The position numbers and the translations under genes are program-made. A stretch of 64,000 bases of DNA, taken from positions 43,858-107,857 of the forward strand of contig CAVZEP010000008.1 in assembly GCA_963774275.1 (NCBI GenBank), given 5' to 3'. Positions 47,045-56,662 of the stretch are shown piece by piece. This DNA is from an uncultured Chloroflexia bacterium. GTDB taxonomy: Bacteria > Chloroflexota > Anaerolineae > Anaerolineales > UBA4823. Numbering within the stretch: position 1 is the stretch's first letter; the number at the start of each line of letters is the position of its first letter. The notes under the pieces were generated by a model that searched no databases, was not told the origin of the DNA, and was given only the letters and a program-made list of their open reading frames with translations.

Positions 47045-47920
47045 TCATCCCCACCGATCGTTTCTCCAAAACTTTGGTCGCAGACCAAGGTAGCCTCCGA
47101 AGAGAGCAAATCCTGTCAGAATGGCCACAAGCTCGACGGATATAAATATCCCCGCCATTAAAAGCCCGATACCCAAGGAGGGCGGTAGTCCTTCCTGAAA
47201 TCCGGCTAACCAGACCATCATACCAACCAGCAAACCCACCCCGCAAACGAATCGCCAGGGATGTTGGCGTGGATCAATCCAGGGAGTGCGTTTAAAGAGC
47301 CTGTCACTGTTGAAGCTTTTAATCCAACCAACCAGCCTGGATGGGAATACAACGCTCGCTTTCAACACTGGCACTCGCACCAGGCTCCACAGGTCATCGA
47401 TGGCATCCGCAGGGGTGAGATCGGTGGGTGATGGTACAGTCGGAACACCTCTAAAGGCAATCCATAAAGCAAAACCACAGACGAATGTGAGCAAGAACAT
47501 GCCAGACAATTCGATCCGCAGGATATACCCCCAAACGGAGGCGGGCATGGGTTGAAGGATCTCTGCCAATGTGTCAGCACATAAAGTGGTGAAAATAGTG
47601 GCTAGAGCCAGTATGTTCCCATGCAGGATTAAACGCGCCTTGCCCGCCTGGGTTGGGTCATCTCGCCAACGTAAAACCCGGGAATAGGTCAGGAGGCCGG
47701 TGAACAGGGCCAGCTGAATGGCGATCGACCCAACCGCATCATAGGGATCAACCGCGAAGGGGTTGGCGTCAACGAAAGGGGTGCGTTTATTGATCTGGAA
47801 GAAAAGATAGAAGACAATCGTAGTTACAAGGATCAGTGCTGTAAAGTGGTGCAAACGTTTAATGATTTGGTGATTCATGGTTGTGTAGTATAGTCCTTCG
47901 AAGGTGGATTGCCAATCCAT
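47045..47920 (-). CDS. Hypothetical integral membrane protein (291 aa)
   Basis: It has about 7 hydrophobic segments. I recognise no family. Confidence 0.55.
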   Translation of the reverse strand: MDWQSTFEGLYYTTMNHQIIKRLHHFTALILVTTIVFYLFFQINKRTPFVDANPFAVDPYDAVGSIAIQLALFTGLLTYSRVLRWRDDPTQAGKARLILHGNILALATIFTTLCADTLAEILQPMPASVWGYILRIELSGMFLLTFVCGFALWIAFRGVPTVPSPTDLTPADAIDDLWSLVRVPVLKASVVFPSRLVGWIKSFNSDRLFKRTPWIDPRQHPWRFVCGVGLLVGMMVWLAGFQEGLPPSLGIGLLMAGIFISVELVAILTGFALFGGYLGLRPKFWRNDRWG

Positions 47921-48008
47921 GTTTCTCTCTTGTTATTCTGGTTTTCCATCCTCGACTATAATTTATAGGTGATGGTTTTCACCTTGGTAATACAGGAGTG
48001 CCAATAAA

Positions 48009-50234
48009 ATGCATGAGATTTTTTACCCCACCAGCGTGGCTGTGATCGGTGTTTCGGAGAAGCCGGACAATCTGGGCCGCAACATCATCGCCAACCTGAT
48101 CGAGTTTGGCTTCAAGGGTGTCGTCTACCCCGTGGGACCTTCCGGTGGTTTTGTCCAGACCCATTGCATCTATCGCTCCATCGCGGATATCCCCGATCAA
48201 ATCGACCTGGCGGTGATCCTAACGCCTGCCCGAACGGTTGCGGGAGTGCTGGAGGAATGCGGGAAAAAAGGGGTGCATTGGGCGATTATCGAAACAGCTG
48301 GCTTTCGCGAATATGGTGAGGAAGGTCTTCAACTGGAGCAACACATCGTCCAGGTGGCGCACCAGTATGGCATCCGCTTCCTGGGTCCGAATTGTGTCGG
48401 TGTGGTGAGCATCGATAACGGTTTCAGCGTCCCCTTTTTGCGGGCGAATAAACCTGCCAGGCCGGGTGAGGTCACGCTCATCTCCCAGAGCGGCGGGGTG
48501 GGTTTTTCAGTGCTCAACCTGATGGGCAACGAGGGCATCGGGATGAACAAATTCGTCTCCGTGGGAAACATGCTCGATATCACTGCGGAAGACGTTTTGG
48601 AATACATGCTTGATGACGAGGGAACCAAGGTAATCTTCCTTTACCTGGAAAGCCTGCGCGATGGGCGCCGGCTGATGGAAATCGCCTGCCGCTCCACCAA
48701 ACCCATCCTGGTGTTCAAATCCAACATAGGCAAACTTGGAAAGGGGATTGCTGCTTCACACACCGCAGCCTTATCCAGCGATGACAAGGTCGCTGAAGCA
48801 GCCTTCAAGCAGGCGGATATCGTCCGCGTGCATGATGCCACCAGCTTGCTGTATAACCTGAAGGCACTCTGCCTGCCTCCGATGAAGGGAAAAAATCTGG
48901 CCATCGTCTCTCGTTCGGGTGGTCATGCAGTGGTGGCAGCCGATTCCAGCGAGCTTTCGGGATTTGAGCTGGCTGAGCTTCCCCGGCCTTTCCTGGAGGA
49001 GATTGAGAAGCACTTCCGCGCCTCGGTGATCAAGTTGAACAACCCGCTTGACCTGGGTGATTTATTTGATTTGGAGGTTTACGGGCAAATCCTCGAACAA
49101 ACCATGCAGCTCCCGAATGTGGATGGGGTCGTGTTTCTCCATACCGCTTCGGGACCTGAGATCCAACCCAGCCGCATACTCTTGGAACGAGTCATGGAAT
49201 TGGTGAAGCGCTATGATAAACCTGTGGTTTATTATGTATCTACAACCGCCCAGGAGGTCAATTACCTGCGCCAAACCTATGGTTTCCCCATCTTTACTGC
49301 GGTGGTTGAAACCATCCGTGCATTAGAGATGAGTTACAACCATTACATCCGTCTGCAGGAAATCCGCAGTGCCGAACAAGCTCCGATCTTTGAAGTAAAT
49401 CATGAGGCTGTGCGCAATCTAATTGACCATGCGCAATCGGAGAAGCGTGACCTGTTACTTTCCGAATCCATGCAGGTTTTGGGGCATTATGGCATCCCGA
49501 CTGCGGTGGGTGTGCGTGCTGAAACTGTGGATGAAGCCCGCCTCGCAGCCGAGCAGATGGGCTATCCGGTGGCGATCAAAGTGATCTCCGAGCAGATTTC
49601 CCACAAATCGGATGTGGGTGGCGTGCAGCTCAACCTGCGCAATGGTCCGGCAGTGGAGGAGGCGTTTGAGGATATGCTGCGCCGTATCCACCAATCTTAC
49701 CCGGATGTCAAGATCGATGGCGTGCTGGTGCAGCCGATGGTCACTGGAGGTCAGGAGCTTATCCTTGGTGGCCGGCAGGATCCCAACTTCGGTCCGGTAG
49801 TGTTAATCGGACTGGGTGGTATTTTCGTGGAGGTTTTTGAAGAGGCGGCGCTGCGGGTTGCACCAATCTCCCCCAAGGAGGCTATGCAGATGATTGATGA
49901 GCTGCGCGGTGCCCCCATCCTCAAAGGTGCGCGCGGGCACAAGCCTTCCGATATCGCGGCAGTGAGCGACGCCCTTCTGCGCCTTTCACAGCTATTGATC
50001 GACTTCCCGGAGATACGCGAGCTCGACATCAATCCTTTGCGTGTATTCCAGGAAAATAACGGCTGCCGGGCTTTGGATGCACGTATCATTGATACATTAA
50101 GAGGCAATCCTACATTTCATCTTACAGTGGGAGATGACGACAGCCGATGGGTTCCGCATGTACTGGCTTGCAGTGGAGCACCGCTATCATCACAACCCGT
50201 GTCATTCTGGGGAAGTTTGTTTAATGACTCATAA
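48009..50234 (+). CDS. ADP-forming acyl-/acetyl-CoA synthetase (ACD; CoA-binding, succinyl-CoA-synthetase-like and ATP-grasp domains)
   Basis: The N-terminus reads FYPTSVAVIGVSEKPDNLGRNI. Other blocks are GPNCVG, ISQSGG and a C-terminal ATP-grasp (GYPVAIKVISEQISHKSDVGGV). The last ~45 codons after ...ALDARII look like read-through into unrelated sequence. Confidence 0.8.
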   Translation: MHEIFYPTSVAVIGVSEKPDNLGRNIIANLIEFGFKGVVYPVGPSGGFVQTHCIYRSIADIPDQIDLAVILTPARTVAGVLEECGKKGVHWAIIETAGFREYGEEGLQLEQHIVQVAHQYGIRFLGPNCVGVVSIDNGFSVPFLRANKPARPGEVTLISQSGGVGFSVLNLMGNEGIGMNKFVSVGNMLDITAEDVLEYMLDDEGTKVIFLYLESLRDGRRLMEIACRSTKPILVFKSNIGKLGKGIAASHTAALSSDDKVAEAAFKQADIVRVHDATSLLYNLKALCLPPMKGKNLAIVSRSGGHAVVAADSSELSGFELAELPRPFLEEIEKHFRASVIKLNNPLDLGDLFDLEVYGQILEQTMQLPNVDGVVFLHTASGPEIQPSRILLERVMELVKRYDKPVVYYVSTTAQEVNYLRQTYGFPIFTAVVETIRALEMSYNHYIRLQEIRSAEQAPIFEVNHEAVRNLIDHAQSEKRDLLLSESMQVLGHYGIPTAVGVRAETVDEARLAAEQMGYPVAIKVISEQISHKSDVGGVQLNLRNGPAVEEAFEDMLRRIHQSYPDVKIDGVLVQPMVTGGQELILGGRQDPNFGPVVLIGLGGIFVEVFEEAALRVAPISPKEAMQMIDELRGAPILKGARGHKPSDIAAVSDALLRLSQLLIDFPEIRELDINPLRVFQENNGCRALDARIIDTLRGNPTFHLTVGDDDSRWVPHVLACSGAPLSSQPVSFWGSLFNDS

Positions 50235-50396
50235 TGCTAGCCACAGAACCTGCTGCCGGACAGGGGAAATATCGAGGCATGACTTTGTAATAACCGCTTC
50301 AGACGTATTTATAGTTCTCGTAGCAAAAGGTGATACTATGAAGTTACATTTCCCGTTTATGAATAAAAACATCACAAGCCGTTACTACGAAACCGA

Positions 50397-53300
50397 TTAG
50401 CGCTGGGTTAATGGCAGGAATACCTCATAGAGTTGAACTTTGATGCTGAACACCTGGGTGGATACCCCGCCTTCCGGGTCGGCCGCTGTGACGGTCACGA
50501 TGTAATCTCCGGATGTGGGGTACAAGTGGCTGAGTTGGAATTCGTACACGCCTGCAGCCAGGTCCTGGGTTTCGGTGACGCCGGGTGCCCACTCGATGGT
50601 GAGGGTATGAGTATCGAGCCAACCTGGATCGGTGAGTACGCCGGTAATTGTGATCACCTGACCGGGTCTGACGGTCCGATCTGGAAGGCTTTCCAGGCTG
50701 GGTGGGATGTTGGCGGTGAATACCTGCAGGGAGTCATGCCCTGCACTCCCGTAAGTGTCAGTAACGGTCAGGGTGACGGTGAAGTTTCCATTGTCCCCAA
50801 AGGAGTGTGTCGGGGTCAAAACACCAGTGGTTGTTACACCATCCCCGAAATCCCACAAAATGATTTCACCGGCTTGAGGCGAAGCAAGCAGCCCTGGGTC
50901 CACGAAACTCCCCATGAAGTGGACCGATTGTCCTTCATTAGCTACCTGATCAGGACCAGCATCCACGACATTGAGTTGAACTTTGATGCTGAACACCTGG
51001 CTGGACCTCCCGCCATCTGGGTCGGCTGCCGTGATGGTCACGATGTAATCTCCGGGGGTGGTGTATACGTGGCTGAGTTGGAATTCGTACACGCCTGCAG
51101 CCAGGTCCTGGGTTTCGGTGACGCCAGGTGCCCACTCGATGGTGAGGGTATGAGTATCGAGCCAACCTGGATCGGTGAGTATACCGGTAATTGTGATCAC
51201 CTGACCGGGTCTGACGGTCCGATCTGGTAAGGCTTCCAGGCTGGGTGGGAGTTGGTGGTGGATACCTGCAGGGAGTCATGCCCTGCACCCCCGTAAGTGT
51301 CAGTAACGGTCAGGGTGACGGTGAAGTTTCCATTGTTCCCAAAGGAGTGTGTCGGGGTCAAAACGCCTGAGGTCGTAACACCATCCCCGAAATCCCACAA
51401 AATAGATTCGCCTGCTTGAGGCGAAGCAAGCAGCCCTGGGTCCACGAAATTCCCCGCGAAGTGGACTAATTGTCCTTCATTAGCTTCCTGATCAGGACCT
51501 GCATCCACGATTGGGTCCAGATTGACTTCATTGACGGTCACATGGATAATTTCAAAGTCACTCTTGGGTGAAATTCCGTTATCTGTGACGATCACCTTCA
51601 CAGAATAGATGCCCGGACCCTGAGATTCAGCAGGCATCCAGGTAAAAACACCGGTGAGCGGGTCGATGCTGGCACCTGATGGGGCACCTGGTCCGAGCGA
51701 AAATGTGAGAGACTGACCCGGTAGATCGGGATCGGTGGCAGTAGCGGTAAAGACTAATGTGGTGAGCTCATCCACAGTCTTGTTTCCAATGGGATCAAGT
51801 ACCGGAGAGTGGTTGCTGGAGTTGATGACTACGGTGGCGGTGCCGGTGCCATTTCGATTATCGAACACGGTCAAGGTTGCTGTAAAGGGGTCGGTCGTAT
51901 AGACGGTGGCGTAAGCAATGTTACCCCAGTATTCCCCACCATCGCTGAAAGTCCAGTGGAAATTACCCAACCAACCATCGAGATCATAGGAACCTGTGGC
52001 ATCAAAGACCACATTGAACGGTGGAATGCCCTCGATGGGATCAGCAGAGGCGTTAGCCACGGGGAGCTGGTTAGGGTTGAGAGCTTTGACAAACACCGTG
52101 GTCGTCGTCTGTGCGCCCAGGTCATCAGTGACGGTCAGAGTTACCACAAAGGGGCCTCCGCTTGTGTAGGTGTGGCTGGGATTGGCATCGCTTGAGCCGG
52201 TTCCATCACCAAAATCCCATCCATAGGAGACTATACTGCCATCCATATCCATGGAGCCCGCAGAGCTGAATGTCACCAGCAGCGGGACATCACCGCTCAC
52301 AGGGTTGGCTGAGGCCACTGCTACAGGCCAGGCATTGCCGCCTAAACCAAGCAGCTCATAACCAATACGATAGGATGCATAGGGTTGATCTCGCATGATA
52401 GAGGCCGCAATTAGTGAGGTTCCATTCGCTGCGGCGATATTCGGGTAGGCTTCCGCTCCGGTTGAGTTTGAGAAGATGAATCCTGTTGGATCGAGAATGG
52501 CCCCATCTGGGGCAATGCGCATGCCGAACAGGTCACTGCGGACGTCCATCGGATCCAGCTCCCACTCCGCCAGGCGGTTGCGTTGATCCTGGTAGACGAC
52601 GATGAACTGGCTGCCATCCCAGGCGACCCGCGGGCGGTACTGGTTGCCTGACCACGGCGTAAGAGTGATCGGAGGCAGCAGCGAGCCATCGGATTGGACG
52701 ATGCGTGCAGCCAGGTCCATCTCTACACCTGAGGAGATCTCTGCATTCTGTAACACCAGTGCTTCACTACCATTGGAGGCTAAGCTGGTACCGTAAGAGT
52801 ATGAGCTGGTCGTATAAGAGCCATAAACAAAGAACTCCGGCGGGTGAACACCACTGGCATCTACAAAGGCTGCCATCGTGTCTGCGATGGGATTGTCATG
52901 TGTCGGGTGTGACTCCCAAACAACCAGCCAGCGCCCACCCAACACAGCTACCGATGGATTATAGGCGAAGGAATTCCCTAAAGTCAGTGCAGGGTTATCG
53001 AGCACCACGCCATCCAAGCCGCGTACACGGGCCGCCTTCGGGAAGACATATTCAGGGTTAATGCCAATCATCAAGCCAGTCACCAGGAAGACATCACCCA
53101 GGGCGGCGACATCCGTAGCGCCGAAGCCGGGCATCACGAAGAATGGTGACGCGTCCACAAGCGTTCCATCTTGCTGGATGCGTTGAGCGACAATGCCGCT
53201 GCTGTTATTCCATGAAACCATGTACAGGGAACCATTCCATGCCACGGTGGGAAACCCTGGTGCATAGGTGCTGTCAAACGTATCGAGCAGGATGGGTTCT

Positions 53301-54688
53301 GTCGTGAGCGGGTTGCCGGTGGCATCCATTGGCTGAGCCATAACCCGGTGGATTCCCGAGACATCACTATCAAAGGCGAGCATATATCCCGAGCTGCCCA
53401 CAGCAATATCCGGATGCATTTGAGCAGGCGCGCCGGATGAGAGAGTCTGGATTGGCTCCGCCACGTTATCCGCAGAGATCGAGGCGGAAAAGACATCATA
53501 CGAGTTCGCCAGGGAGATATTGAAGTATGACCAGACGAGCTGTACCCCACCCGACGGGCTGGGAGCTGTCGGCCCAGGGGTAAGGCCCGCCACCGCCACG
53601 CCGCCGGGATCCAACACCTGCCCATCCGGATTGACCCTTGCCACTGAAACGCCTTGATATTCCCAGGTCACCCTCCAATTCGTGCCATCCCATACCACAT
53701 TTGTTATGTAATACGGTAAAGGCTCGTTGGCTTGCGAGATATTTACCCCATTACCGTCCAGCATAACCCCATCTGTGCTGATGCGCGAGCCTGTAACGGA
53801 AATTAGATAATTAGGTGGGTCCTGGGAGATCCATACTGCGTAGTACTGGCTGCCGTTGGAGGTCAGATCTGCCAGGTTCCAGCTGCTCAGCAGCAGGAAA
53901 GGTTCAGCATCCAGCAGATTGAGTTCCTGGTCGAAGCGGATTGCCATTGTGTCATAAAAATCTGCCCATGTCAGCAGGAAGACTCCGCCAGCATACGCCA
54001 GGCGCAAGTTGGGGCGCGAGTACCACAAGGCAGGAACCAGGGTATAAATGGGGGGGTCGAGTACCACACCCTCTGGTGAGATACGCATCGCCATCAGATC
54101 GGTACTCGCTGAAGTGCCTTCGAAAGCAACCACCCAGTTGTTGCCATCTGAAGCCACCGACCACATGCCTCCAGATGGAGTCAGGCTGTAAAACTTGATG
54201 GGTTTGAGGTCCAACACGACACCCGCTGGAGACACTCGCACAGCCTGCAGGGTTTTCTGGGCGTAATAACCCGTGCCACCAATATCGTAGCTCTCATATA
54301 CCACCAGCCAATCGGTACCATTCCATACCACCTTCGGATTCTCTTGAGATCCAGGCCCAGCATCAATTGGGAACGGGACCATCTCCAACGGGTTGCCGGT
54401 TGCGTCCAGACGCACACCGTAGATATCATTGGAAGTTTCAAATTCGAAGTATATGCCACCATTTGGATTCGAACGCTTGTCGGACCACACCACCAGGAAA
54501 TTATCTCCCCCGCGAGCGATGGCTGGAGCAGACTGGTCACCAGCGGCTGCACCGATAGCATCATCGCCTGGGATAAAGTGAGAGGGTAATTGGGTGATGG
54601 CGCGTGCTGGAACCGACATGGAAAGCGTCAGGGAAAGAAACAGCACCAGAAAGGATACCTTGCGAAAGACAGACATGGAGTTCCTCAT
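50397..54688 (-). pseudogene. Giant secreted surface protein (~1430 aa if joined): ~13 N-terminal ~55-aa repeats, PKD/Ig-like domains and a duplicated 181-aa module; single -1 frame break near 51251
   Basis: It has a signal peptide (VPARA). The ORF 51197..54688 ends ...HDSLQVSTTNSHPAWKPYQIGPSDPVR*. The downstream copy reads HDSLQVFTANIPPSLESLPDRTVRPGQVITITG, and restoring one base at AAC(A)TC lets the frame run into ORF 50397..51200. Confidence 0.75.
50433..51512 (-). repeat. Tandem duplication of a ~543-bp coding module (PKD plus Ig-like domain), with a ~190-bp near-identical core
   Basis: TTGAACTTTGATGCTGAACACCTGG occurs at 50433 and 50976. 50530-50690 and 51073-51233 are almost identical by eye. 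Confidence 0.85.
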
Positions 54689-54933
54689 TAGGATAAATAC
54701 TGAATTGGCAGCATGTAAATTAGTGCTGTTGATCTTTCTGTTTATTGGTAGTTGGAAAAAATGCTCTCCAATTATTACTTCTAGTTTGCTTAACCTTCTA
54801 TATTTTATACGTAATCAGATAAAAATTGGATGTAATTTGATTAACAAAACATGAACGGGTCCGTAAAAACAAGGCTGGTGGGCTAAAAATATGGCCATCT
54901 TCTCTCGAAAGTCGATCATTCCTTGGTAGCGGT

Positions 54934-55084
54934 CGATGGTCACCGGAGGGCAGGAGCATATCCTTGGAGGCCGGCAGGATTCCAAATTCAGTCCGGTAGT
55001 GTTAATCGGACTGGGTGGTATTTTCGTGTGCGTGTATTCCAGGAGAAAAACGGCTGCCGGGCTTTGGATGCACGCATATTGATC
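54934..55084 (+). pseudogene. Degenerate, internally deleted duplicate of the 3' end of the ACD gene (matches ~49734-49829 plus ~50038-50093)
   Basis: In hand alignment the first 95 nt show 7 mismatches and the second ~55 nt a few mismatches plus one indel. About 208 nt are missing at the junction, and the two halves are in different frames. Confidence 0.85.
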
Positions 55085-55128
55085 CGTTCTACCGATAGCT
55101 ATCCTCACATATAGGCTTGGGGTACAAC

Positions 55129-55159
55129 AAAAAAAAGCACCCTTTTTCTGCAGGGTGCT
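55129..55159 (-). terminator. Rho-independent terminator (potentially bidirectional)
   Basis: On the minus strand, AGCACCCT-loop-AGGGTGCT is followed by T8. On the plus strand an A8 run precedes it and TTTCT follows. It lies 32 nt past the stop of 55191..55985. Confidence 0.8.
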
Positions 55160-55190
55160 TTCTGGGTAAATAACAGATTGAGGAGCACGC

Positions 55191-55985
55191 TTATCGAGAT
55201 TTAGAGGACGATCCCAATGCCTGTAAAAATGAATTAACCACCAGCGCGGTGGATTGGGTGCGCTGAGTTGAGTCTCCCATCCCACTCGCTGTCATGAATG
55301 CCTGCACCAGAGCTTGCGCAGTGCTGCCGCCACTCTGTTTGGCTTGCATGAAGCTCATTCCAGCATTAATTAAATCTCCCAGATCCAGACCACTACCTGA
55401 GCTGGCACTGGTGTTGCTGCTCCCCCCACCCGTCAATCCGCCTAGCAGCGAGCCGAGCATATCACTGCCTGTTTCCGTAGAAGCCGAAGGTTTGGGCTGT
55501 GCCTCCCCTGTCGCCTGGCCTAGTAGGGCTTCCAACATGTCACCGCTGGATTGAGAGCTTGCTGCGGGTTGAGATTGAGCCCCTCCGGTCAGCTGACTCA
55601 TAAGAGACCCCAACACGTCACCGCTGGTGGATGGTGAGGCCTGCCCTCCACCGATCAGGGTCTGAAGCAGGTCCAAAGCGCCTTTCGAATCCACTTGCTT
55701 ACCCTTGAACTTTGTGGCTGCCTGTGTCAAACCCTTGGCATAGAGCTGCCCTGAGCCGCTGGTGCTGGTCTTGGACAGATTTTTCGCTGCATACGACAGA
55801 GCAGTGCGGGCTGATTTTCCTTGCTTCGCCTGCAGCGAATTCGTGATGGTTTGGAAGGTCTGCACCATGTTGGTTCCATGGTCATGGTTATAGTCGTCTA
55901 CCTGGTCAAGCTCTTGCTGGTTCTGTGCCAGGGTCTGCGTGACTGATTGAAAGATGTTAACCAGATCTACACGATTTTGTGCCAT
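55191..55985 (-). CDS. Hypothetical protein with Gly/Ser-rich triple repeat; N-terminal DHGTNM motif reminiscent of DhaL/Dak2
   Basis: The start is ATG 55985 (MAQNRVDL...). There are three ~20-aa units: SGDVLGSLMSQLTGGAQSQP, SGDMLEALLGQATGEAQPKP and GSDMLGSLLGGLTGGGSSNT. Confidence 0.55.
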   Translation of the reverse strand: MAQNRVDLVNIFQSVTQTLAQNQQELDQVDDYNHDHGTNMVQTFQTITNSLQAKQGKSARTALSYAAKNLSKTSTSGSGQLYAKGLTQAATKFKGKQVDSKGALDLLQTLIGGGQASPSTSGDVLGSLMSQLTGGAQSQPAASSQSSGDMLEALLGQATGEAQPKPSASTETGSDMLGSLLGGLTGGGSSNTSASSGSGLDLGDLINAGMSFMQAKQSGGSTAQALVQAFMTASGMGDSTQRTQSTALVVNSFLQALGSSSKSR

Positions 55986-56043
55986 ACGCAATCCGCCTTT
56001 CCAATAATGGATATACAGTATGATCATTATACTACTGACAGAT

Positions 56044-56536
56044 TTGTCCAAACCACATTCCAAATTTGCCAGCAACAGCCACCGGATCCCGTTTGGTATG
56101 CTGCATGCAGAATCTCTGGTAGGCAAGAACGCGAGCAACATGGATTTACGAGTTCAACTGCTTGCTTGAGCCTTATCTGGTGACAACCCTGGGTTACTCC
56201 TGGGATACTGTTCATGAAAAAGCCAGCCGGCTTGACCATGTGATCAGCGAGGAGTTGGAGATGCGTATTGCAGCGGTCATGGGTGACCCACAGCGCGATC
56301 CGCATGGTGAGTCTATCCCAAACGCTGAGCTGGAGATGCCAATCGATAGCTCTCGGCCGTTTTCGACGTTAAAACTTCACCAGAGAGCTACGATTAGTCT
56401 GGTGTGTACGGATGAGCCAGTACTGTTGCAGTATTTTGAGAGTATCGGCATCACAATTGGTGTAGAAGTGGAAGTGTTGCGCTCCTCGCCTTTCGACCAG
56501 AGCTTAGTGCTCCAAGTGCCTGGTCATGAGCCATAG
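56044..56536 (+). pseudogene. DtxR/MntR-family metalloregulator remnant (dimerisation plus FeoA/SH3-like C-terminal parts; N-terminal wHTH degenerate or absent)
   Basis: ORF 56162..56536 reads LEPYLVTTLGYSWDTVHEKASRLDHVISEELEMRIAAVMGDPQRDPHGESIP plus a FeoA-like tail. Only a weak, frame-shifted resemblance to helix 3 and the wing survives upstream, and there is no room for a full HTH before the divergent gene start at 55985. Confidence 0.6.
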
Positions 56537-56662
56537 ACGCTTGGATCGGTCATTACTCGCCAGGTTTACGCCGATATGTAATGATCTACGCCCGACCGGG
56601 GAGTTGTTTGCCATCCCTGTCGACCCGGTTTGGCAGGTTAAATCATCCACGCAGGGATATTT

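Noticed and set aside
50094-50234. The C-terminal ~45 codons of the ACD ORF (…DTLRGNPTFHLTVGDDDSRWVPHVLACSGAPLSSQPVSFWGSLFNDS) as a possible extra domain.
   Set aside because: Homology to the duplicated remnant ends at ~50093 and ACD-family proteins normally end shortly after ...ALDARI. The tail looks like fortuitous read-through into inserted DNA.
50433-51512. The possibility that the two near-identical 543-bp units are a diversity-generating retroelement template/variable repeat pair.
   Set aside because: The differences between copies involve all four bases and indels rather than adenine-specific substitutions. Both copies are coding parts of the same gene, and no reverse transcriptase gene is present.
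54815-55285. A 156-aa minus-strand ORF and the 63-aa plus-strand ORF 54923..55114.
   Set aside because: Both overlap the degenerate ACD 3' remnant and the terminator hairpin. The plus ORF mixes two frames of the remnant, and the minus ORF is its antisense echo, as for 49751..50107.
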